From positions 114,694-178,693 of the forward strand of contig NW_003314393.1 of assembly GCF_000143415.4 (NCBI RefSeq): 64,000 nt of DNA, in the 5' to 3' direction. Under the pieces are notes generated by a model, which saw nothing but the letters and a program-made list of their open reading frames with translations, was not told the DNA's origin and did not search any database. Position 1 is the first letter of the stretch; every line of letters begins with the position of its first letter. Source of the DNA: Selaginella moellendorffii (lineage: Eukaryota; Plantae; Lycopodiophyta). Positions 50,342 through 62,814 of the stretch are shown here, piece after piece. Made by a program: the position numbers and the translations under genes.

Positions 50342-53300
50342 TGTTGGGGGAAAGAGGGGTGCCTCCCCCAACGCTCGCTCAAACACGAGATGTGCTTTAA
50401 TGCTCTTTGCAAAAATGCCCCCCCTTGCTCTTGTGGGGCAAGGGTTTTATACAAGGAAGATGGGGAATATTCTGAGGACCAAAATAATCCCTCTCTTTCT
50501 CTCACTCTCTTGGTGGCCACGCCCTAACATGCGACCACGGTGGATCGCACTGGCTCCAGACACGTGAGAACCCTCTGAAGAGTGTAGAGTGTACCTCTGC
50601 TACTGATGCCAAGTGTTGGTAGCTGCATGAAATAGTAGAAACTCTAGAAAACAAAGTGGAAAAGAAAGAAAAGAGGTAGGTGTGAAATTTGGAGATAGGG
50701 AGGAAAACCTGGTGGGAAACCCTGTAGTTAAACTGGACCCTAAAGTTAAAGAAAAGTGTAGAAAAAGTATGAAAATAGGAGGAAAATAGAGGAAAAAGAG
50801 TGAGCATCCAAAGAATTTAACCCGTACCTGGATTTTGGCTCAAGAAAGTGTAATATGCAAATGTAGCCTTTTGATGACTTCCAGCATTTCTCGTGTTTGA
50901 GTGAGCATCGGGGGAGGCTCCCCTCCTTCCCCCAATAAATGGTGAACCCGATGTGAACGCGTAGGACTTTCTGAAGCGTCATTTCTCTCTTTTTCTTTTG
51001 GCTGCAGAATTTGGGAAGGAATTCCTAGTTTGTCTTGTTTTGGTTTTGTTTGATCTTGGGCGTGTTGGATAGGTCTGGAGCTCCTCTTTCCAGCAAGGTA
51101 TGGCGCTCATCAAGCCGTGCAGTATTTGAAGAGATACAATGTTTCTTGGCTCGGTTTGAGGAACAGTTTAGGGTTTTCACTTTCTTGCCTAGATCCTCAG
51201 CCCAATTTCTCAGAGTAGTGCACTTAGGCTTGTAAATCTAGCCTAGATCTACGAGTAGGGGTGATTCTTGGCACTAGATTTGGCCAAATTGGCGGCATAC
51301 AAAAGGATTTTCTTCTCCGGCTAGACTGGGTCATTTTTGTGGCAAGAATTCGTGCTCCTCCGGGCTTTGTTTTGGATGCCGTTTGTTTCTAGAGGTGCTC
51401 ATGGTCCTAGGCTTTCCGAAAATACCAACAGCGCCTTATTATCAATCTACATCAGTGATATGCACATGTTTTTCCACAATATTAGCATTCTGGGCGACCT
51501 CTTTTTGGATTTTGGGGAATATTGAGGTGGCTTCTTCCCAAATTCCTACAATAGAGGGTAGACAGGGCTAAGCCTTTTCCAACAAGCCCACCAACAGTCA
51601 AAATGGAGAAGGATCAAGACCAAAGGACTCATTTTTCTCTTTTGGGTTAAACTTTGTTAGGGGTTCCTTGGGAAGGAAGTAATCTTCAAGGAATAGATAG
51701 CCGTAGGAATAAGAACAAGAGGAGCAGGAACAAGAGTTGGCGTAGGAACAGGGACAGTAGGAACAAGCACAGGGATAGGAGTTGGTGTTAGAGCAGGCGC
51801 AAGAGTAGGAGTGAGAGCGGGGGGGGTTACCAGTTACAGGTTACAGGTCCTTAGTTACCGGTTACTGGTTATTCTAGCGGCTACTCTAGCGGCTATTTCG
51901 ACAGTTACCCTACGGGTCAATGGTTACATGTGCTTGAGGCCTACATCTCCTTCCATTTTGACCTTTATTTCTCTTTATCATAAGCATTTTGGGCAACTTT
52001 GAGCAACTTAAGCACTAGCCTACAGTCTTCTTGCTTTTGTCAACCCAGTTGCCTTGACCGGGCATTTGCAATGTTCAGGGTATTTGATGCTAGTACAAAC
52101 TAGACGTATGACAAACTGGCACCCTTTTACCATACCTCGAGGCCCTAAGGTACGAAGTAACCTTTCTAACATCCAAAGGCAGCTTAGGTACGACACTACA
52201 CCTTCTCGAGCCGAGTCCTCTTCATCCTCGGCAAATTCCAGTGACTTAGATCTACGAGCTATGGCGCAGCCACCTTTAACTCGACCTCAGCTCCATGTTC
52301 TGCAGAAGGGGAGTGATCTGCCGACCTTCTTAGGTGTTAGAACAATTTCTTTAACATCGCATATCAATTGCTTTGATTACTACTACACCACAAACATGAT
52401 TGTCAATGATGATCATATGTGCTGCGACTTCTTGCAATCTCTTGAAGGCAAAGCAACAATTTGGGTAGATTTTCTCCTCCTAGAGGACCGGATAGACTTC
52501 CAGACACTACTTGCTTCTTTCAGAGAACGCTTCGTTGAAGAAAAACCCACAAATCAGCTACTTGTCGACCTCTTTTCGTTTCGGCAGGGTGCTCACAAGT
52601 CTATTCCTGACTACATCACATGGTTTCGAGCTTACTGGAAGTAGTGTTGGGATCGCAGGGTAGTCCAAGATGAGCAACAGGGGATCACGGCATTCACAGC
52701 AGGTCTGCGTGGGAACTTGCAATGGAAACTTCTTAAGAAGACGTTTAGGTCTTGCCACGAGGCATTTTCATTTGCCACAAAGATGGAAAGAGAACTTCTT
52801 GTCAACCTAGAGATTACTAGAGTTGATTTCGACCAAGCCATCACCCCATCAGAGTCACCTTGTGCAACTGTTCGCCTATCCACAACAAAGCTCATCGCTA
52901 TTGAGCATACACCTCCGGCTATTGAGACCTTTGCCAACAAGATGCAGCAGCTGAAGGAGATCATTCTTCAGCAACAATCACACCGTGACAAACTACTCCA
53001 GGAGCTGATGGAGTCCAGGAAAGAGGCCCGCTACAACTTGGGAACGCAAATCTAAATCTCATTGGTGCACTCACTGTGAGACGAACACACACAACACACA
53101 GTGCTGCTTCAAGCTTCACCCAAAGCTTCGGCCTTCATCTTCTCAACATGTCCAACAACATCCCTTTGTTGATAATTCCACATCATCTCGGGGTCCAGAG
53201 ACGTATCAGAAGCAGTTGGAGTGACAAGCAATCGAGGCAGCCCCTTCGTCAAGCAAAGGCAAGGCACCAGCCTCATTGGTCAACACAATTTTGGTAGCCA

Positions 53301-56300
53301 AGGAACTCTATAGGCAACAGCAGCAAACTGCAGCCACTCAAGCCCAAGCGAAGAAGAAGGCACCCGCTCAGCCTGCCACAGATCCCCTGGTGCCGGTTGA
53401 GAGAGAATCTCTATCGGCACCAGATCCAGTGACACAGTGTCACTACTCTCTTCTCCTCCTGAGATCTCACCAACAACTATTCCTGTTCTAGAGCCGGTTC
53501 TTCAACAACTAGTTGACACTCTCGTCACCTTTTTGCTTCAAGACATGTTGTGTCTTATCCCGGGATTCGGCTAGCATTTAGAGGAGTTTGCACGGTCAAG
53601 AACAAAAGAGAGCACTCTCAAAAGGACTCCTCAAGAGGTGCACATTGTTGACATGACAAGACATGGTGGAGATCCTGCTCCATTCTTCTTCCCAGTGTAG
53701 ATTGGTACTTCCTCTTGTAGGATGGATGCTTTGGTTGACTCCGGTTCGGGATGCAACATTATCTCTCTTGAAGCTGCCCTTTTATCACAGTTACAAATCA
53801 TTGAAAGCTCCTCCATCGTGCTCAAAACCTTCACCAACCACACTATTCCTCCAGTGGGCATTTGCTATGGTGTCAAGGTCTCTGTGTAAGGTGTTATTTC
53901 TGAGGTGGATTTCCTCGTGGTTGACTACCAACATCTTGGAACATCCTCTTTGAAGGACTTTATCGTCCTTGGCCGCTCATGGCAAGTCACAGCCCATTGC
54001 ACTATTGACAGCGAACAAGGCAAGATAGAAATTAGTGATGGAACCCATAGCACCACCTTTCTCAACAACCACGGCAGAGCTCTTTCTCAGCAAGCCAAAC
54101 AGGATCAAAATAAGATGGCCTCCACACCATACTTTCCTCCTGAGCTCACAAAGGTTTTTCCTGAGTTGGCAATGGAATCGACCATCTATATGACTGATGC
54201 TTTCTCATGCAAAGCAATTGACATGGTTAGAGGTGACTCAGATAGCCCAAGACATCTCTCAACTTCACTCTCTTTATTTGAGAGTAAGGCCGAGCCCCTC
54301 GTCATGCCCTCTTTATTTGATGGCGGGGCTTATAGGGTACGGGCTCCCATATCCAGCTTTTCGAAGTGTTTCTCGATAAGGGAAGGGCTTCTTGACTTGT
54401 TTCTTGCATGGGACCGACTCTCTCTTATGGAGCTAGATGACACAGTCACTCCAAACTAGGCTCATCTTTCACAAGACACAGCTAAACTCAATTCTCCTCA
54501 GCAACTACCTGAGGTGTCACACAACCAGTATCTTCCTACTAAAATCGTTGTAGCTGATGACTCGAAGCGTATTTTGTCATGATGTTTCTTGAAGATGGAG
54601 GATGACATCCAGACACAGAACTGGCAGAAAGAATCAAGCCAATCAGACATGCTGCATGCGAGTTATAGCTCTTTGAGTTCACAATTTCCTACTGTGGAGC
54701 TCCTGGTATAGGTCCAAATGTATTGCACTGAAAATTCAATACCAGACTTGGACTAGACTTCAGTGGAGGATCTTCCTTCACTTGCAGAGTACTTAGTATA
54801 GTCCTTGCATTGGACATCAAGCGCTTAGAGCATCAGAAGCAAAGAGAACAACAGACAAAGACTCTGGATCCAATAGTAACGTTTTTGCATGACTTGCTAG
54901 AGACAGTCTTGCCAGATGTGGTGTCCCTAGCATCTTTATTTGAAGAAGAGGACACTCCTATGATTACAGCTTATTTTGACGGTGCTTTTTGCCCCACAAA
55001 CCAGGTTGCCGGCATTGGAGATTGGATGATTGATTATGCGGAGAACAAAGTAGCCGACCTCTCTATCACTTTACCAGCAACATCAGCTAATGAAGCAGAG
55101 TACTTGGCGGCTATGAGAGCCATGAAGTTAGCCACAGATCTCAAGTTTAGGCAAGTCACTTTCGTTGGAGATGCACAACTCATCATATGCCAAATTACTG
55201 GAGAATACCAAGTCCGCAAAGAGAACCTGAAAGAGCTATGGCAGCGGGTGGTCAACCTACAGGATGAGTTCTCTTAGGTGACTTTTCAAAGTGTCCCTCG
55301 TGAAGAAAACTTTTGGGCAGACAGGTTATCACATCAAGCAATCACCATGATGCAAGAGGCAAAAGGCACTCCCTGCTCTTTGGTTTCCAAGGTCAGGGAG
55401 GAATCCAAAATAGATGAGCCCCCTGAGCCCAAGGTTTCTCCAGAATCCAAGGTTCATGCCATTTTCTTAGGTGATGACAAGGACCCGATCTTTATTGCCA
55501 CATTGCTTGCTTCAACGAACGCAGCAAAGCTCTTGGATCTCCTTCACTATTTCAAGGACGTGTTCCCTTGGGACTACAGCCAGCTTCCAGGAGTTCCCAT
55601 GGACACGATCATGCACAGTATTATGCTTTCAGAGTCAGCCAAACCAGTCCGTCAAAAGTTGCGGCATTTCAGCCCGGCAGCTCACTCTGAGATGAAGTTG
55701 GAGATTGAGTGATTTCTGGCAGCCGGCTTTATTTACCCTTTGGAGAGCTCAAAGTGGGTGGCAAATCTCGTCCCTGCATGCAAGGCAAATGGAAAACTCC
55801 ACCTCTACGTTGACTTTCGAGACTTGAACAAGGTAACTGCGAAAGATCACTTTCCGACTCCATTTATCAATGCGATTGTGGATGAGATGATTGGACACTG
55901 GTACTACTCTTTCATGGATGGCTTTTCAGGGTACAACCAGATCTTCATTCATTCGGATCATCGAGATCTTACAGCCTTCCGGACACCTTGGGGCGTCTTC
56001 ACTTTCAACATCCTCCCATTTGGCTTGTGTAATGCCAGAGCTACTTTTCAGCGCTTTATGACCCACGCCTTTCACAACTTGATTAGAGGCACCTTGAGGG
56101 TGTATATGGATGATCTGTGCACGACCTCTTACTCCTTTGAGGATCACCTTGTGCATTTGGAATACATCTTCACTCGCTGCCGACAAGACAGGTTTTCATT
56201 GAACCCGGCAAAGTGTAAATTTGGGGTGACTAAAGGGTGGTTACTAGGCTTTGATGTCTTGCAGGATGGGATCAAGCCCCAGGTAGCTAAGGCGCAAGAG

Positions 56301-59300
56301 ATTCTGGATCGGAACCCACCAACCAACTTGAAGCAGCTTCGTAGCTTCCTCGGGCAAATGGGTTTCTTTTGCCATTTCCTCCACAACTATGCTGCACATA
56401 CACGGCCTCTGATAGCTCTGCTACAACACAATGTTCCATTTGTCTAGGGTGAGTCCTAGCAACAAGCCTTTGAATCACTGAAGCAGTCACTCCACACAGC
56501 CCCGGTACTCCAACCACTAGAGCGTCAACTTCCTTTCGATATTTACATCACAACGGGCACAGAGGCTTTTGGAGTATGCCTTTGCTAATGTTCACAGCCT
56601 GGGAAGCCACCACATGCAACATACTATGCCTCACAATCGTTCAAGGAGACTGAGAAGAAGTACGTGGATGCGGAATAAGAAGTAGTGGTTGTTGTTTACA
56701 CCTTAGAGCAATTTCATCACTTTCTCGCTGGAGCCCGTATCCATTTCCACATCTATTTTAATGTGCTGATCTTTCTTTTACAATGACCAGTTCACAGTCT
56801 TGATACTTTATCTTGGATTGTGACCATCCAAGAGTTCCAGCCAACTTTTCACATGCGGCGGAAGCATGTGATGGATCCGAGTGAGTTCTTGGTTGCTGAA
56901 GCTACTTCCTTTGTGGTCCCAACAGCATTACAGGACATTGCGGTGTACCTAGATTTAGGTTAGTTCCCAGTAGACTCCTCACCCATGTAACAAAAGGCAT
57001 TGGAGATCCGAGCATGGGGGTTTTGCCTTCTCGATAGACACCTTTACAAGAGGACTTCTCAGGAAGTTTAGTTGCGGTGTGTGGGGGAACACGAGGTCCT
57101 TGAGCTCCTTCATGCTTTCCACTCTTGTGCGGGGCATTTCTCGGGACGGGTCACAGCACAGCTCCTCTTGTGCCATGGCTAATTTTGGCCTCGAATTCAC
57201 CAGAACAACTTGGCCTATGCAAAGGCATGTGAGCAATGCCAACGGTTCAACCCCTAGAGCCATGTTCCACATCTTCCTTTCCAGCTCATCACTTCTCTGG
57301 GTCCCTTTTTCCAGTGGGGACTTGACTTCGTTGGCCCGATCAACCCACTGAGCTCAAAAGGACAGCATACATCATCATGGCAATGGACTATTTCACAAAA
57401 TGGGTTGAAGCCACCCCTCTACGACAGGCAGATCAATAGTCTACAACAAAGTTTGTCTACAAGTACATCATTTGCCAATTAGGAGTTCCTGCTGTTTTGA
57501 TTTCCGATTGCGGCAGCAGCTTCCTTAGACAACTGATGCAACATCTTCTCTAGCAGCTGCAAGTCAAGCACGTGAAGAGCAGCAGCTATTATCTTGAGTG
57601 CAATGGCTAGGCAAAGTCTAGCAACAAGATATTGAAAATAGTCATCTCAAAGCTTGTGGAGGATCACCCAAGGCACTGGCACAAGCACTTGGTTATGGCA
57701 TTGTGGGCCTTTCAGACGTCCTTCAAGACATCCATCTCCGCAACCCGATTCTCCCTTGTCTATGGGACAGAGGCTATGCTTCCAGTGGAGATCCAGGTGC
57801 CATCACTCTCACTTTCACTTCAATACGCAACAGCGATGCAACTTAGCGATGAGGACAAGCTTCATGCATGTGACTTGGAGGTTCTTGCCTTGGAAGAACA
57901 GTGATGATCCACATCAGAACATCTACTTTGAGGCAAGCTAAAGATCAAGTCAGTCATTGATCACCAGCGTTCTGCTGAACCATTTGAGGATGGCGATCTT
58001 GTTCTACTCAAGGAGTTTACACTGCCTTTGAAGTTCTCCCCTCGCTGGACCGGCCCCTACTTTGTCTAGTGACACATCGGAGGTGGAGCATAGGTGCTAG
58101 TTAATGCTGATGGACATGAGCTCCCACACGCTCACAACCACTCTCATCTCAAACGCTTCATCCGGTGAGGCGTTCCTCTTCTCTTCTTTTTCTTTTCTCC
58201 CTTTCTTTCACTTTACTTTCATGGCTCTTTTTCTTACTTTCAGGGGGTGTTTCTCCATTGGACCATGGCCCATGCCTTGGATTTTGTGCTCAGGCTACAT
58301 TGCCGTTTGTATGGATGTTCCTCGCTTGGCTCAGTCTATGTTCCAGGTTCTTTGGCCCTTCCCTTACCATTACTACACCCCACACATTCCCCTCACTCAT
58401 TCCATATCATCCACACTTATAGTTCCATCACCAATCGCTTCTAGTCTGGTTTCCTACACTTATCTCTAGATGCCCGTCTTGCATCTTTCATTCTTTCACC
58501 ATCATTCACATCTCCATTTGAGGTCATATTTACACCATACCACGGACACACATACATGCACCAACAGCAAAAGACACCACCTCATTTGGACTTGCCGTTT
58601 CTGAGATATCCTTACGACCATTTGCCGACGACGCACTAGCTTTTTGGAGCGACTTTCTTCCAACTGGGTGAACCTGGTCATTCAAGGCACCTAGGTGGAC
58701 CTTTAGGCGAGGCCATAGAAGCCAAAGCCACTTTCTTCTACTCCAACACTTAGTGGACACATGTCACCTCTCTTTACCGGCAACCCAGCGACTACACCAT
58801 TCTTTTTAGCTGCTGACTTCTTCAGTCCGACACATCAGACTAGCCAACCTTCTCAAAGTGCCACCCCATCTCAGTGCTCCACCATATCACTCCACCATAT
58901 CGGTGCTGGAGCAGGCGCAGGAGTATGAGCGAGAGCATGTGGTTACCAGTTACAAGTTATAGGTCCCCAGTTATTGGTTACTGGTTACCAGTTACCAGTT
59001 ACCGGCTACTCTGAGTAGTCAGCGCTTACTCTACAGGCTAATAGTTATCAATGGCCACCTTTTCAGAGTCCCACCACCATCTCGGCACTCCATCATATCA
59101 CTCCATCTTTCATCATTTCCTCACTTACCACCCTTGGGCAACGCATCCCCTCTTCTACCTCTCTTTCTTTCTCAATTTCGGCCTATCCTTGGAGCATACT
59201 GGAAGTCATCAAGAGGCTGCATTTGCATATTACACTTTCCTGAGCCGAAATCCAGATACAGGTTAAGTTCTTTGGGTGCTCACTCTTTTTCCTCTATTTT

Positions 59301-59743
59301 CCTCCTCTTTTCACACTTTTTCTACACTTTTTTTCAACTTTAGGGTTCAGTTTGACTACAGGGTTTCCCACTGGGTTTTCCTCCTTGTCTCCAAACTTCA
59401 CACCTACCTCTTTTCTTTCTTTTCCACTTTGTTTTCTAGAGTTTCTACTATTTCACGTAGCTACCAGCACCCTAAACCCATCAGTAGCAGAGGTACACTC
59501 TACACTCTTCAGAGGGTTCTCACGCGTCTGGAGTGAGCACAATCCACCGTGGTCGCATGTTAGGGCGTGGCCACCGAGAGAGTGAAAGAGAGAGGGAATA
59601 TTCTGGTCCTCAGAATATTCCCAATCTTCTTTGTATAAAACCCTTGCCCCACAAGGGCAAGGGGGGGCATTTTGGAAAGGGCGTTCGAAGCATTTCTCGT
59701 GTTTAAGCGAGCCTTGGGGGAAACACCCCTCCTTCCCCCAACA
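50342..59743 (+). mobile_element. Tat-lineage (TatI-like) Ty3/Gypsy retrotransposon, gag-PR-aRH-RT-RH-INT, with inverted ~540-bp terminal repeats; decayed
   Basis: Gag ~52260-53055, LVDSGS protease ~53730, extra RNase H (YFDGA...NEAEY...GDAQL...WADRL) ~54960-55330, RT (VYMDD) 55740-56250, integrase ~57050-57800; ends TGTTGGGGG...CCCCCAACA; flanks AAAGG/AAAGC. Confidence 0.85.
50940..50956 (+). promoter_or_regulatory. Primer-binding site, probably tRNA-Trp
   Basis: TGGTGAACCCGATGTGA, one mismatch from the complement of the plant tRNA-Trp 3' end (TCACGTCGGGTTCACCA, recalled). Confidence 0.7.
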
Positions 59744-60789
59744 AAAGCAGTAAGGTGTTCCGCCGCTCACTTGATGGAAAGATCACTCGCACAAAGATGA
59801 GATCACCCACCTTATATTCTCTGAATTAATGATGCTCATTAGCAAACTTCTCCACTCTATCCTGAGCTGCCTACAAATTCCATTTGCACACCACCAGAAT
59901 CTCATCAAGTTCTGTGGCCAAATTACTCGCCTCAGAATCAAGCTTATCTTGAATTTCCTTACTCAAATCCAATCCCAACTCCACCACTGTTTAGGGATGC
60001 CTTCCAAACATGGAAAAGTAAGGACTTAGCTTGGTTCCACTGTATTGGCTATTATTGTAAGCAAATTGCACCAATGGAAGATAAAGAACTCACTATCCTG
60101 GCCTTTGACCAATGCTACAATGTAACATATCCTCCACCACCTGATTCACACATTCAGTTTGCCCATCCGTTTAAGGATGATCTCCACTTGAGAGTTTCAA
60201 AGTCACTTGCATAGCCTTTGTAAAGCTCTTCCAAAATCCACTGGTGAACTTTGAAACTCGATCACTAATAATGTCCTTCGGGAAACCAAAATCAAGAAAA
60301 AACCTTCTCCAAATAAACCGCAGCCAAGTTTGAAGCGGTGATAGTCTTCTAAAGAGCCAACAACGGCATATACTTCGTCAACCAATCCACTATGACCCAT
60401 CCTTTAGTCTCCCTAGACCATGCTATGCCACTTCTTGAGGTTCCTTACCACCCAACCACCCCCGAGCTACCTCCAAAGCTCCACTATGCTGCCGTTCCAC
60501 TATGAGCCCTAGGGTAGGTTAAGTCCTAATATGCCTTAATATACCTTTCAGCCTCCCTTTGACCAATGTTGACCATATGGTCAAAGCCTTATATTGGTTG
60601 CCAAGGACATTTACAGACAACAGCAACAAACTACAACCACCCGAGCAAAAGGAAAGAAGAAGGTGATCGCTTAGTCAATCAAAGATCCCTTGATATCAAT
60701 TGCAAGTGACTCTCTGTTTGCACCAAATTTAGTAACATAGTGAGTGGCTTGTAAACTCCCCTTCAAGTCACTACTCTCATCTCCTCCTA

Positions 60790-60920
60790 GGATCTAGCTT
60801 AGGTAGATTTTGAACTTATGAGTTGAGCTTACGACTTCTCAAACACAAAAAAAACATTGGCTCATCTTGAACCAACATTTTTTCATCTTTCCAATTTTGA
60901 TTTAATCTATATTTCCAAGT
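60790..60920 (+). mobile_element. MULE left-arm fragment interrupted by LTR A
   Basis: Matches ~29160-29302 (CTTCTCAAACACAA...GATTTAATCTATATTTCCAAGT). Confidence 0.75.
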
Positions 60921-62814
60921 TGTCACGAATGTGACTTCGGGTATCAAAAGTTACCTATCGGTTAGTCCTTACAAACACTCTTACCTTACTGCCACGATGG
61001 CAGGAGGTCGGTATTGCTAGACCCTTTATCAGTCCCTCTTGTTCAAGTGTTAGTAAACTGAACTTTGCATCTATACTTGGCCGGATGAGCATAAGGATGG
61101 AATTCCTAAGTGTTTATTCAGCCAAACATACTTGGCCCGGCTTTTTAGTTCTCTTTTGCTTTATCTTGCACTAGCTTGACAAGAACCCTTGCGTATTGAG
61201 ATTAGTCCCTCAATATCGCTACATGATAGCTTACCGTGTCTACCAAACACCCTCGCTATCATGCCCTTTGTGTTAGTCTCAATTCGGTCCCAAATGCTAT
61301 TTATGGAAAGTGTCTAGATTTGCACATTTGGCATATCTACGGAATGTAGAGATTGTCTTGAACACAACGGTGTTCGTCCCATGTCCAAATTCGCAATCTA
61401 AGGACATTCCATATTTAGTAAGTTTTGAGCTTGTCGCAAAGACTAACTCTTGATACTAAGGGAGGCTTGGGGTGAAAGCCCAAAGCATGTGTTCCTCAAG
61501 GGGGGGGGGGGGGGGGGGGCTGTGGGGGGTTCCAAATGTATAGTAGGGATAGTGGGTAGGTCGGGCATGGCCGACCAACCTGAGGCATAGTCTAGCTTCC
61601 GCTTGCGTGCCTGTCCTTGTTCTACGTCCGGCTTGGGTCTAAGCCCAAGTTCCATTCCATGCTAGCTGAGCTTTTGAGCTTGTCGCGAATGTGACTTCGG
61701 GTATCGAAAGTTACCTGTCGGCTAGTCCTTACGGACACTCTTACCTTACTGCCACGATGGCAGGAGGTCGGTATTGCTGGACCCTTTATCAGTCCCTCTT
61801 GTTCAAGTGTTAGTAAACTGAACTTTGCATCTATACTTGGCCGGATGAGCATAAGGACGGAATTCCTAAGTGTTTATTCANNNNNNNNNNNNNNNNNNNN
61901 NNNNNNNNNNNNNNNNNNNNNNNNNNNNNNNNNNNNNNNNNNNNNNNNNNNNNNNNNNNNNNNNNNNNNNNNNNNNNNNNNNNNNNNNNNNNNNNNNNNN
62001 NNNNNNNNNNNNNNNNNNNNNNNNNNNNNNNNNNNNNNNNNNNNNNNNNNNNNNNNNNNNNNNNNNNNNNNNNNNNNNNNNNNNNNNNNNNNNNNNNNNN
62101 NNNNNNNNNNNNNNNNNNNNNNNNNNNNNNNNNNNNNNNNNNNNNNNNNNNNNNNNNNNNNNNNNNNNNNNNNNNNNNNNNNNNNNNNNNNNNNNNNNNN
62201 NNNNNNNNNNNNNNNNNNNNNNNNNNNNNNNNNNNNNNNNNNNTCAAAGGGGGGGGGGGCTGTGGGGGGTTCCAAATGTATAGTAGGGATAGTGGGTAGG
62301 TCAGGCATGGCCGACCAACCTGAGGCATAGTCTAGCTTCCGCTTGCGTACCTGTCCTTGTTCTACGTCCGGCTTGGGTCTAAGCCCAAGTTCCATTCCAT
62401 GCTAGCTGGTGGAGTACCCATGCTCTCGCATTAGGCCACCGGTATGCCGAAATAGCACCAGACTCCATTTGGCTCCGTTTTGCGTGTTAGTCTTGGCATT
62501 GGGATGCTGGTTGCTCTAAGACTGTTCCAAGTCGCTCTGGGCTCTTGTTCCTTCGCTCCTTGGGCTGTATGCTCAGGAGTTGCTCTGTGGTTCGGTTCTG
62601 TCACTCCTTGGCTCCATGCTTGGGAGTTTGGCACCGTTCCTTCGTTCAGTGGCCCAAGGCCCTGAACCATAGGTTCCACACCACTGTCCTGTGGACACGT
62701 GGCATGGACACATGGCATGTGTCACGTGGCATAAAGAGGGTTTAGGTTCCGCTTCGTGGTGTTATCCTATGGTAAATCACCATAGGATAAAGGGTCAAAA
62801 CCACGTGCCCTACA
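60921..62814 (+). mobile_element. 5' LTR of a family A element (partly duplicated around a gap), followed by a PBS and non-coding internal region to the window end
   Basis: TGTCACG...CTACA; PBS TGGTATCAGAG (tRNA-iMet) at 62817-62827. Confidence 0.85.
61881..62243. other. Assembly gap
   Basis: Run of N. Confidence 0.99.

Noticed and set aside
61666-62243. True tandem LTR duplication
   Set aside because: It adjoins an N gap and a long G homopolymer, so it could be an assembly artefact
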